Shown here: piece by piece, positions 27,613 through 36,083 of the stretch
Layout: every line of letters starts with the position of its first letter
Numbering within the stretch: the first letter of the stretch is position 1
Source of the DNA: a bacterium
GTDB taxonomy: Bacteria > Actinomycetota > Acidimicrobiia > Spongiisociales > ZC4RG35
NCBI GenBank assembly: GCA_024638655.1
Contig: JAHEJW010000015.1
Span: 8,195 to 72,194 of the forward strand
Length of the DNA stretch: 64,000 nt
Reading direction: 5' to 3'
Position numbers and translations under genes: made by a program
Notes under the pieces: model-generated
Told to the model about the DNA's origin: nothing
Databases searched by the model: none
The model's input: only the letters and a program-made list of their open reading frames with translations

Positions 27613-28737
27613 TTAGAGATCCCCCAACTCGATGCCGGCGGTCTCGACGACCTTTCTCAGCTCGTCGTACTCCGCATCGGTGGCGGGCTCGATGCCGGTC
27701 CAGTTGTAGAAGTCCTGATTGCCGATCGACTGGTTCCAGGCGCAGTCCTCGTCAGTTTCGCACTCGGCTGCAAAGTCGACCAACGCCTGCTCGATCTGGG
27801 CGCGAAGATCTGCCGGGAAATCCGGTCCGAACGACAGCGTGTCGTTGGGAATCGACGGCGAGATCTCGAGGATCCTCAGCTGCTGGATGATGTCGGGGGC
27901 GTCCGTGGTGGCGCTGGCACGTGCGTCCAGGACCCTGAACTCCTCGCCCTCACCGCAGAACAGCCGGCCTTCCTCGTTGGGGGCGCAGCTGTCGATGAGG
28001 TCGGCCGGGACATCGGGATCGTCACCGACTTCCCAGCCGTCTTCGCTGAGTGGCGGGCTGAAGAAGGTGGTGGCGAAATCGGCGTCACCTCGGTATACCG
28101 CCAGGGCCGCATTGGGATGGCCACCGGCTTCGACGATCTCGGCCGGCTCGACACCGGCGTCCGTGAGCTGGACCAGAGGGACCAGATAGCCCGAAGTCGA
28201 GCCCAAGTCGGGGATCGCCCAAGTCAGACCGTCCAAGTCCTCGATCGAGTCGATTTCGCTGTCACGGGGGACCAGGATCTGCGACCAGTAGACGCCGTAG
28301 CCGAATCGCACGGCCTTGAAAGCGACGTCCACGCCGCAGAGCTGTGAGGCGAGCACGTATCCGAATCCGGGGATGAATCCCATCGTCTCCTCTGGAGCCG
28401 CACACATCTCTTCGATGGTGGCGGCATACGACGTCGGAACGTTGACCTCGAATGACAGTCCGGTGGCCTCCTCGAGGGCCTCCTTCATGATCTCACCGCC
28501 CGACACGATCACCTGTGCGTCGACCGACGGGACGAAGAGGACCTGGATCGGCCGCTCCGCAGAGCCAAGCTCGGGCTCCATCATCTCGGTCGTCGTGGTC
28601 GTGTCCATCGGAGCCTCGGTGGTCGTCGCCGCCGGCTCCTCGGCGGTTGTTGTTGTCTCGTCCGCAGCGCCATCGCCGCAGGCTGCGACGAGCATGGCGA
28701 ATACCGCGAGCAACGCCCATAGGGCCTTGGATTTCAT
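27613..28737 (-). CDS. phnD: phosphonate ABC transporter substrate-binding lipoprotein
   Basis: Lipobox LVAACG, Thr-rich linker, then a PhnD-like fold (IQVLFVPS...GFIPGFGYVLA...STSGYLVP...FATTF). It is the first gene of the phnD-C-E order on the minus strand. Confidence 0.82.
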   Translation of the reverse strand: MKSKALWALLAVFAMLVAACGDGAADETTTTAEEPAATTTEAPMDTTTTTEMMEPELGSAERPIQVLFVPSVDAQVIVSGGEIMKEALEEATGLSFEVNVPTSYAATIEEMCAAPEETMGFIPGFGYVLASQLCGVDVAFKAVRFGYGVYWSQILVPRDSEIDSIEDLDGLTWAIPDLGSTSGYLVPLVQLTDAGVEPAEIVEAGGHPNAALAVYRGDADFATTFFSPPLSEDGWEVGDDPDVPADLIDSCAPNEEGRLFCGEGEEFRVLDARASATTDAPDIIQQLRILEISPSIPNDTLSFGPDFPADLRAQIEQALVDFAAECETDEDCAWNQSIGNQDFYNWTGIEPATDAEYDELRKVVETAGIELGDL

Positions 28738-28851
28738 TCTCTCTCCTTGCTATCTCCCAGGGTGATCGCGCACCTCGGGGACCAGTTCTTTCCTTCCCTG
28801 CTCCCGGAGGTGATCAATGATCGCTACCGAGGGTAGCCATGCCTGGATGTC

Positions 28852-29400
28852 TTACGCCAAGCGGTGAACCACCTCGGTGAATCCCTCGAAGCTCTCCACA
28901 TCGGTCGCCCCCGGCACAGCCCGGTTCCAGGGACGCACATAGCGACAGACCGTGCTCTGGGGCCGGTGCTCGACGAGACCGGGCAACACGTGTGGACCGT
29001 CATCGAGATACACATGACACTCGACCAGCCACTTGTCTTCGATGATGTGAATCTCGGCGGCGGGGATGCGATGACGCTCGATCCACTCATAGGTGTCCTC
29101 GACCGCGAACTCCGGCTTGGTGGTCAGCACGATTATCTGATGGCCTTCGTCTGCGAGGTTACGCAAGGCCTCGACCGCCCCGGGAAAGGGCTCGAGATGC
29201 CAGAAGACGGAACGCCCGTCGAGATCTGAGGACCACTCCCAGAATTCGTCGATGTGACCGAAGTGGGTGAGATTGACCAGATCTCCCCAATTCTTCGAGT
29301 CGGCTTCCACGAGATTCGTGCCGAACTGGTCGTTGTAGAAAGCCATCCAGCCCTTCGTGAAGTTGGCGACAACCCCGTCGAGGTCTATTCCGAGACGCAT
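28852..29400 (-). CDS. 5'(3')-deoxyribonucleotidase-like HAD phosphatase
   Basis: MRLGIDLDGVVANFTKGW (DxDxV motif) and overall NT5C-like length and pattern (VLTTKP...YLDDGPH). Confidence 0.68.
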   Translation of the reverse strand: MRLGIDLDGVVANFTKGWMAFYNDQFGTNLVEADSKNWGDLVNLTHFGHIDEFWEWSSDLDGRSVFWHLEPFPGAVEALRNLADEGHQIIVLTTKPEFAVEDTYEWIERHRIPAAEIHIIEDKWLVECHVYLDDGPHVLPGLVEHRPQSTVCRYVRPWNRAVPGATDVESFEGFTEVVHRLA

Positions 29401-29451
29401 GGGGGCGACAACTTAGTGGCGCCCCGGAGTCGTAGATACCGGCTTCGACAC

Positions 29452-29489
29452 GTAACAAGCTCGTAACACACAAGCCACGAACGCGAAAT
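29452..29489 (+). promoter_or_regulatory. GlnR-box-like array upstream of amt
   Basis: GTAAC-n6-GTAAC-n6-GCCAC-n6-GAAAT: four pentamers at 11-bp phasing, ending 46 nt before the amt ATG. It resembles the actinobacterial GlnR consensus gTnAc-n6-GaAAc. Confidence 0.4.
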
Positions 29490-29534
29490 CCATCGCCCGT
29501 ACGTTGCCCAGCCATACGACACGGAGGAGTGCAC

Positions 29535-30785
29535 ATGGGCGAGATAACCATCGCCATCAACGAGGTCTGGTTGGTTATGGCAGCCATCCTGGTGATGTTC
29601 ATGCAGGCCGGCTTTGCCCTCGTCGAGGCCGGGTTCACCCAGGCGAAACATGCCGGCAACATCATCATGAAGAACGTGATGGACTTCTCCGTCGGAGGCC
29701 TCACATATTGGGCCTTTGGGTTCGCTCTCGCCTACGGGGGAAGCTCGCTCGGAGGCTTTCTCGCCTACGGTGAGGTCTTCTTCTTCGATGACAGCACTCG
29801 GGCGTCCGAGTGGTTCTTCCAGGTGGTGTTTGCCGCCACGGCCGCCACGATCATCTCGGGTGCGGTCGCGGGCAGGGTGAAGTTCACCTCATACCTGCTC
29901 TACACCCCTTTCATCACCGGGTTGATCTACCCCATCGTGACCCATTGGGTGTGGGGGGGTGGCTGGTTGTCGGAGCTCGGGTTCGTCGACTTCGCCGGCT
30001 CGGGTGTGGTGCACATGCTCGGTGGTGTCGCGGCCCTCGCAGGAGCGCTGGTGGTCGGGCCAAGGCTGGGGAAGTACGACGAGAGCGGGAAACCCCTGGC
30101 CATCCCGGGTCACTCACTGACCCTGGGGGCACTGGGAGTCTTCATCCTCTGGTTCGGCTGGTACGGGTTCAACGCCGGATCGACCCTCGCTGCAGTGGGT
30201 CAGGACATCGCTCACCCGGCAGTGACCACGACCCTTGCTGCAGGTGCAGGAGCCCTAGGGGCGATGTTCACCGCCTGGGCGGTCACCGGGAAGCCGGATG
30301 TTGGCTACACCATCAACGGTGTTTTGGCCGGTCTGGTCGGGATCACGGCGGGCACGGCGGCGATTGGCTTCGGCTTGTCGATCGTTACTGGCTTCATCGC
30401 CGGCGCTCTCATGGTCGGCTCGGTCATACTTCTCGAGCGGCGCGGTGTCGACGACCCGGTCGGTGCCATCTCGGTCCATGGGACCGCCGGACTCTGGGGC
30501 GTGATCGCCGTTGCACTGTTCTCCGGTGAGGCGGCGCTCGGTATTCAGCTCATAGGAGCGGGCGCCATCATTCTCTGGGCGTTCGTCACCTCATTCGCGG
30601 TGTTCAAGGCAATCGACCTCACCGTGGGTATGCGGGTGGCCAAGGAGGAGGAACTCGCAGGTCTGGACATCTCCGAACACGGGAGTGATGCCTACCCCGA
30701 GTTCGTATTCCAACACGAAGTGGTGGATCTTCGCATGAATGGCAATGGTTCTCATCAGACCGAAGACACAGTTCAGGCCGGCTGA
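29535..30785 (+). CDS. amt: ammonium transporter
   Basis: Amt signatures LVMFMQAGFALVEAG, DFAGSGVVHMLGG, FGWYGFN, ISVHGTAGLWG. SD GGAGG lies 7 nt upstream of ATG 29535. Confidence 0.92.
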   Translation: MGEITIAINEVWLVMAAILVMFMQAGFALVEAGFTQAKHAGNIIMKNVMDFSVGGLTYWAFGFALAYGGSSLGGFLAYGEVFFFDDSTRASEWFFQVVFAATAATIISGAVAGRVKFTSYLLYTPFITGLIYPIVTHWVWGGGWLSELGFVDFAGSGVVHMLGGVAALAGALVVGPRLGKYDESGKPLAIPGHSLTLGALGVFILWFGWYGFNAGSTLAAVGQDIAHPAVTTTLAAGAGALGAMFTAWAVTGKPDVGYTINGVLAGLVGITAGTAAIGFGLSIVTGFIAGALMVGSVILLERRGVDDPVGAISVHGTAGLWGVIAVALFSGEAALGIQLIGAGAIILWAFVTSFAVFKAIDLTVGMRVAKEEELAGLDISEHGSDAYPEFVFQHEVVDLRMNGNGSHQTEDTVQAG

Positions 30786-30811
30786 CCAAATGCGTCCAGT
30801 GCGGGGGCACC

Positions 30812-30845
30812 AGAGACCGACGGGCGATCCAGCCCGTCGGTCTCT
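30812..30845. terminator. bidirectional intrinsic terminator between amt and the PhoU-like gene
   Basis: 14-bp perfect stem agagaccgacgggc / gcccgtcggtctct with loop gatcca, between convergent genes. Confidence 0.62.
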
Positions 30846-30873
30846 TGTGATCAGAGCAGGCGGTCTTGGCCCC

Positions 30874-31554
30874 CTAGGCGTCTTCTTCCTCGGCGTCGAG
30901 CGCCTTCTCTCGTCTGTAGAAGTCGAGCCTGTCCACCGGCATCACCACCGATGACAAGATGTTGGAGAGGTGGCGGCTCAAGCGCTTGATGTAGCGGTAG
31001 AACAGCGCTCTGGGGGCGGCGAATCGGCTCGGGAGCTCGGAAGTGACGAATTGCACCACGTGCGAGTCGTAGTGGTCCGCGTCGGCGTTGATCGTCTCGA
31101 TCAGCTCGTGAACCTTCTCGGCGTCCTCAGTGGTGAACGCGTCGAGAGTCCAGGCGATGAGCTCAGCCACATGGGCCCGATGTGCCGCCAGCTCATCGGC
31201 ATCATCACCCAGGCTGAGGTTGGCGCCCATCTCAGCGAGCTCCCAGATGTCCTTGCACTTGTCACCGATTCTCTCGATGTCTTTTGCCACGGACATGTAG
31301 GTGAGCATCAGACCTTGGTCTACTTCCGCGCCACGGACGGTCCCGTGGACCAGCAGTTCGCGCCTGATTGCACGCTCGGTCCTGTTGATGTCCTTGTCCA
31401 GCGCAAAGAGCTCCTCGCCCGCCGTCTGGGCGTCTCGCTCTCCGAAAGTGGCCGCAGTGGCCAGTTGGTAGGCGTCCTGACAACTAGCAAGCATCTCGGC
31501 GAGCTGGCTCTCAACCGTTTCGAGCTGGTCTGCGTCTCGGAAAATCGAAAACAT
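30874..31554 (-). CDS. PhoU-domain protein
   Basis: Two PhoU-type repeats (DKDINRTERAIRRELLVH...DIERIGDKCKDI and ADADHYDSHVVQF...YIKRLSRHLSNI). Sits 9 nt downstream of the Na/Pi cotransporter gene. Confidence 0.8.
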   Translation of the reverse strand: MFSIFRDADQLETVESQLAEMLASCQDAYQLATAATFGERDAQTAGEELFALDKDINRTERAIRRELLVHGTVRGAEVDQGLMLTYMSVAKDIERIGDKCKDIWELAEMGANLSLGDDADELAAHRAHVAELIAWTLDAFTTEDAEKVHELIETINADADHYDSHVVQFVTSELPSRFAAPRALFYRYIKRLSRHLSNILSSVVMPVDRLDFYRREKALDAEEEDA

Positions 31555-31563
31555 GAAACACTC

Positions 31564-32724
31564 CTATGCGATCAACAATATGGCCACCGGCACGACAATG
31601 AACACGCCCACGACATAGCCGGCCACCAGGGACTTGCGCGTGACCGCGGCGCGTGCCGTGGCCACGGCGAGTTGAAGGGGCAGTCGTCTGAGCCGTGGGA
31701 ATGGGTAGAAGATGACGATGCCGAGAATGTTGAAGGTCACATGGGCAACGGCGATGACCAAGGCATCTGGTGAGTCGGCGGCTATGGATGCGAGCAGAGC
31801 TGTCACTGTTGTGCCCAGATTCGCGCCAAGGGTCACCGGGAAGGCATTGCGCAAGGTCAGCACACCCGCAGCAACGAGGGGCACGAGTATCGAGGTCGTG
31901 ATGCTCGAGCTCTGGACCGCGACCGTCATCAACAGCCCTACCACCATCGCACCCGCTCCGGCCCCTCTGCCGAGAATCCCGTTGATGGCGTTCTCGATCC
32001 GCCCGGACATCACTCTCTTCATCTGGCGGGTGATCATCCAAAGGGCCACGAAGATCAGACCGATTCCGAGGGCAAGGAATAGCGCACCCTGTATGCCTTC
32101 CCAGCCCAGTGACTCGAAGGCATCTCCCAGCAGCGAGACCGGTGCCTTGATGGAGTCTTTGATCGGGCTGCCACCCGTTCCGACCTGAGGGAGCAGACCG
32201 CCGACGCCGTCGGCCATCCATCGGCTCACCCCGGAAATGAGACCCGTCGTCATCTCCAAGGGCAACAGGACGAGCACACTCAGGAGGTTGAAGTAGTCGT
32301 GCATCGTGGCAGCAGCCAGTGCCCGCTCGAAATAGGCGCTCTGACGAACGTGGCCCAGGGAGGCCAGGGTGTTGGTGACTGTGGTGCCGATGTTTGCTCC
32401 CATCACCATGGGAACAGCGGTCTCGACCGGGAGCACTCCAGAGCCCACGAGGCCAACGATCGTCGCCGTTGTGACCGAGGATGACTGCACCAGGACCGTC
32501 GCCAAGACTCCGGCAGCCAGGCCGGCGACGGGGTTGGCGACCGAGGCAAACACCTGGTCGACGAAATCGGACCCGAAGGCACTGATCCCTGTTTCCAATG
32601 ACTTGACCCCAACGAGGAACAAGTAGAGGAAGAGGAGCGTGAGGGTCAGCCGTAGCGCGGTTTCGGTCCAGGGCAGGAACGGACGTCGTTGTTGCGCCTC
32701 GTGGCGCGGTTGGCTCTCTCCCAT
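31564..32724 (-). CDS. Na+/phosphate cotransporter family II-like protein
   Basis: Duplicated motif VQSSSVTTATIVGLV / VQSSSITTSILVPLV with GANIGTTVT / GANLGTTVT, diagnostic of the Na_Pi_cotrans family. Confidence 0.85.
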   Translation of the reverse strand: MGESQPRHEAQQRRPFLPWTETALRLTLTLLFLYLFLVGVKSLETGISAFGSDFVDQVFASVANPVAGLAAGVLATVLVQSSSVTTATIVGLVGSGVLPVETAVPMVMGANIGTTVTNTLASLGHVRQSAYFERALAAATMHDYFNLLSVLVLLPLEMTTGLISGVSRWMADGVGGLLPQVGTGGSPIKDSIKAPVSLLGDAFESLGWEGIQGALFLALGIGLIFVALWMITRQMKRVMSGRIENAINGILGRGAGAGAMVVGLLMTVAVQSSSITTSILVPLVAAGVLTLRNAFPVTLGANLGTTVTALLASIAADSPDALVIAVAHVTFNILGIVIFYPFPRLRRLPLQLAVATARAAVTRKSLVAGYVVGVFIVVPVAILLIA

Positions 32725-32802
32725 CGGCGCTCGGCAGAGTAAACGACAAGTTCCGATTGCGCCCGTCGGAACGAAAAGCTCGGGATGTGAGGTTGGAACG
32801 CT

Positions 32803-33549
32803 TCAGCGATAGTCAGGGTTGGGGAAGTCATAGCGGCAACCGGCGTCCCAACCAGAGCGCTGATTGCCGTGGGCCGGAATCCCGCCCTCGTCCTGGAGGA
32901 TCCGGGCCAGATGCAGCAGGTTCCATGTCATGAACGTGGTGTTCCGGTTGGTGAAATCGTTGGCCGGGCCACCAGACCCCTCGTCGAGGTACGACGGACC
33001 GGGGCCGGCCTCGCCGATCCACCCGGCATCGGCCTGGGGCGGGATGGAGTACCCCAGGTGCTGTAATGAATAGAGGATGTTCATCGAGCAATGCTTGATA
33101 CCGTCTTCGTTGCCGGTGACCAGACAGCCCCCCACCTTCCCGTAATAGGCGTATTGGCCCTCCTCATTGAGGATGTGTGAATTCCCGTATAGGCGCTCGA
33201 TGACCAGGGTGCACACCGAAGATTTCTCACCGAGCCATATGGGGGTCCCCAAGACGAGGATGTCGGCCTCCATCACCTTCTCGAAGATGTCTGGCCAGTC
33301 ATCCCGCTCCCAACCATGCTCGGTCATGTCCGGCCAGACCCCTTTGGCAATCTCATGATCTACCGCTCGGATGAACTCCACCTCGACACCCTGTTTCCGC
33401 ATGATCTCAGCGGAGATGTCCATCAGGCCACGCGTGTTCGAGGTCTCCGGTGACTTCTTGAGCGTCGTGTTCATGAACATCGCCGTCAGCCCGGTGAAGT
33501 CCCAAGTGCTCTGAGAGTCGTACTGCGCCTGGTGCTCGGTGAGGGTCAA
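32803..33549 (-). CDS. flavodoxin-like fold NAD(P)H-dependent FMN reductase family protein
   Basis: FMNTTLKKSPETSNT, ADILVLGTPIWLGEKSS, GGCLVTGNEDG are typical FMN_red/flavodoxin_2 motifs. Confidence 0.75.
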   Translation of the reverse strand: MTLTEHQAQYDSQSTWDFTGLTAMFMNTTLKKSPETSNTRGLMDISAEIMRKQGVEVEFIRAVDHEIAKGVWPDMTEHGWERDDWPDIFEKVMEADILVLGTPIWLGEKSSVCTLVIERLYGNSHILNEEGQYAYYGKVGGCLVTGNEDGIKHCSMNILYSLQHLGYSIPPQADAGWIGEAGPGPSYLDEGSGGPANDFTNRNTTFMTWNLLHLARILQDEGGIPAHGNQRSGWDAGCRYDFPNPDYR

Positions 33550-33598
33550 GAGGGTTCCTTTCTGTACGGGAGTGCCCGGGGAACCTACCCGAAGCGGA

Positions 33599-35203
33599 TC
33601 AGACGACCTGCACCCACGACATCACCTCGGGGAGACGGCGGCGAAGCAGCCTGGAGGCGATGGCGAGTGATATCAGATAGACCACCACGCCCCAGGCGAT
33701 GGACGTCACCGCGGTGAATGTCGGCGATACGACGTTGCCAAAAGCCACGGTCAATGCAGTCACCGAGGCAGGTGGGACGAGGAGAAGCCCGATGGTGAAG
33801 AAAGAGATCGTCTGGCTGACAATCGCCAGACACCCCTGCTCTGTCGACTGTGCGAAGACATCGGTCCCCTCCCTAGGCAGTCTCAGTGGAGTCAGTACCG
33901 ACACGATGTTCCCGACCGCCAGCTGGCATCCGATGGCTGCGACCATGAGCGGGATGACCAGCCAGGTCCAGTTCCAGAAGCCGGTGAACAAGGACAGCCC
34001 GATCGCCAGCAAGACTGTTTCGATCGCTAGAGCGATCGCCACTGCTGCGTTCTTGCCTAGAAGCAGGTGACGTGGGCTCGTCGGGAGGACGAATAGGTAC
34101 GACGCAGCGTTGCGCTCCCAGCCGAAGAGGTTCAGTGCGATGGGCAGGCCTACGAACAGCACCATGATGGGAGCCGCCAGCGGGGCCCAGTCGTTGTCTC
34201 TCAGGTCGAAGAAGCCGCTGGCGCCCATGATCGTCCCGCCGATGGCCAGACCGACGAAGATGACCGTACCGGTCCAGACCAGTCGCTGCCGGGGATCCCT
34301 CACGTAGAAGCGGAGCTCTTTTCGCGCCAGGGTCGGAACCACGCCCCAGGGTCCTGTTGCCATGCCCATCCGTCTCGCGCGAGCCGCAGGTTGGCTGCCT
34401 TCGGGAGGCGTGGTCAGCATCCATCCGAGCAGCCTGCGCCAGGTCAGGGCGAATATGACCAAGCCGATCGTGGCTGCGACGAGGAATATCAGTGCGCTCC
34501 CAACTTCACCCGATGCTGCGTCGACGATGGCCCGTTGCGCCGCCACCGGGGGTATGAGTGCGGCCCAGTCCATGATCGGGTGGGCCGCCGCGGCCTCGGT
34601 CAGACCCAGGTCCTGGACCGTGATGGCGATCGCCCGATATCCGAGGAACGATCCGGCAGCCAGACCGAGAATCAGGAAGCTGGCCACGTCGCGGCCGCGA
34701 CGAGTTCGCAGGATGGCGGAGATGGCTGCGGAGAAGAGCTGTGACCCGACCGCGATCAGCCCCACATAGACAACGGAGGCCGGCAAGACCATCCACCAGC
34801 CCGCTCGCAGGGAGTAGGCGTTGGCCGAGATCAGGGCTAGTGGAACGAGTGTCGCCGGTGCCACCAAACTGGCGGCAGTCAGACCGGCAATCATCTTGTT
34901 CCGGCCGACGGGTAGGACGGCAAGCTGCTGGGGGTCCAGGTTCTCGTCCAGCGGGAAGATGATGACCGGGAGTGCCACCCATGCCGAAAAGAAGATGAGA
35001 GCCACCCAGCCCTGGTACCCGGTCAGAGCCCTAGGACCGGCCTCCGTCAGGTCAGCGGAAATGGCGATGTGGTTCGCCGCCAGCCACACACCGAGCCATC
35101 CCAGGAGAATCGTGGCGATAGGGAAGCCAAAACGACGCTGGAGGTCGTATCTGACCCCGTTCCAAGTCAGCCTGGCTTTGAGGCCTACGAGGTGGCGTAC
35201 CAC
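33599..35203 (-). CDS. multi-pass ABC exporter permease (putative ABC-2/ABC_export type)
   Basis: 534 aa with about 12 predicted helices. Overlaps the upstream ATPase gene by 19 nt. Confidence 0.68.
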   Translation of the reverse strand: MVRHLVGLKARLTWNGVRYDLQRRFGFPIATILLGWLGVWLAANHIAISADLTEAGPRALTGYQGWVALIFFSAWVALPVIIFPLDENLDPQQLAVLPVGRNKMIAGLTAASLVAPATLVPLALISANAYSLRAGWWMVLPASVVYVGLIAVGSQLFSAAISAILRTRRGRDVASFLILGLAAGSFLGYRAIAITVQDLGLTEAAAAHPIMDWAALIPPVAAQRAIVDAASGEVGSALIFLVAATIGLVIFALTWRRLLGWMLTTPPEGSQPAARARRMGMATGPWGVVPTLARKELRFYVRDPRQRLVWTGTVIFVGLAIGGTIMGASGFFDLRDNDWAPLAAPIMVLFVGLPIALNLFGWERNAASYLFVLPTSPRHLLLGKNAAVAIALAIETVLLAIGLSLFTGFWNWTWLVIPLMVAAIGCQLAVGNIVSVLTPLRLPREGTDVFAQSTEQGCLAIVSQTISFFTIGLLLVPPASVTALTVAFGNVVSPTFTAVTSIAWGVVVYLISLAIASRLLRRRLPEVMSWVQVV

Positions 35204-35988
35204 GAGCCGTCCACAGCGTCACCGCCGACCGCGGCGATAAAGGCGTCCTCGACGTTGTCTTTGCCGGTCAGCTCACACAGCCCGGCCGGGGTCTCCTCGA
35301 TCGTCAGGCGTCCCTCGACCATGATCCCTATCCGGGTACACAGCTTCTCTACGAGGTGCATCTCATGAGAGGAGAAGACGATCGTCGTGCCACCGGCTGT
35401 CGCCTGCCGCAGCAGGCCCCGGATAAGACGAGCCGAGACGGCATCGACACCTTCGAATGGCTCGTCGAGGAACAGCACCGGGGGCCTGTGAATGATTGCG
35501 GCGCCCAATGCGACCTTCTTTCGCATCCCTCGTGAGTAGTCACTGATGAGCTTCGTGCTGGCCGGGGTCAGATCGAGCATCTCGAGGAGCTCGTTCCTCC
35601 TTGTGATCGCCTCGTCCCGTGACAGACCGTGCATGGCGGCCGTGAAGTCGAGCAGTTCGGCTCCGGTGAGACGCTCGTAGAGATTGAACTCCTCGGGCAA
35701 CACGCCGATACGCGCTTTGACCTTCGTCGGGGTCTCCCAGGTGTTGAAGTCACCGATGCCCACCTCGCCCGCATCGGGTCGAAGGAGTCCCACTATCAGT
35801 TTGATGGTGGTGGTCTTCCCGGCCCCATTCTGGCCTAGCAAACCGTAGAACTCACCCGGCTGGATGTTCAGATCGACGTGATCCACCGCAGTTGTCTTGC
35901 CGAATTTCCGGACCAGGCCCCTCGCCCATACCGCGGGTGGAGCCTGCTGTTGGGACACGTCGATTTCTGAGGTGGTCGGTTGGGTCAC
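35185..35988 (-). CDS. ABC transporter ATP-binding protein
   Basis: Walker A GQNGAGKTT, signature YSRGMRKKV, Walker B VLFLDEPFEGVD. GTG start at 35988. Confidence 0.9.
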   Translation of the reverse strand: MTQPTTSEIDVSQQQAPPAVWARGLVRKFGKTTAVDHVDLNIQPGEFYGLLGQNGAGKTTTIKLIVGLLRPDAGEVGIGDFNTWETPTKVKARIGVLPEEFNLYERLTGAELLDFTAAMHGLSRDEAITRRNELLEMLDLTPASTKLISDYSRGMRKKVALGAAIIHRPPVLFLDEPFEGVDAVSARLIRGLLRQATAGGTTIVFSSHEMHLVEKLCTRIGIMVEGRLTIEETPAGLCELTGKDNVEDAFIAAVGGDAVDGSWYATS

Positions 35989-36083
35989 GGGCTGAAGTAT
36001 CGACGGCTGACCGCCCTAAGTGAACACCCTCTGAATATCAGGTGCAGGTCCGGGACGATCAGAGTGAATCCGTCGTGTCACCG

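Noticed and set aside
28738-28851. GATCA/GATCACC repeats upstream of phnD as PHO boxes
   Set aside because: The repeats are short, irregularly spaced rather than 11-nt phased, and differ from the GTTCACC-type consensus. The evidence is insufficient.
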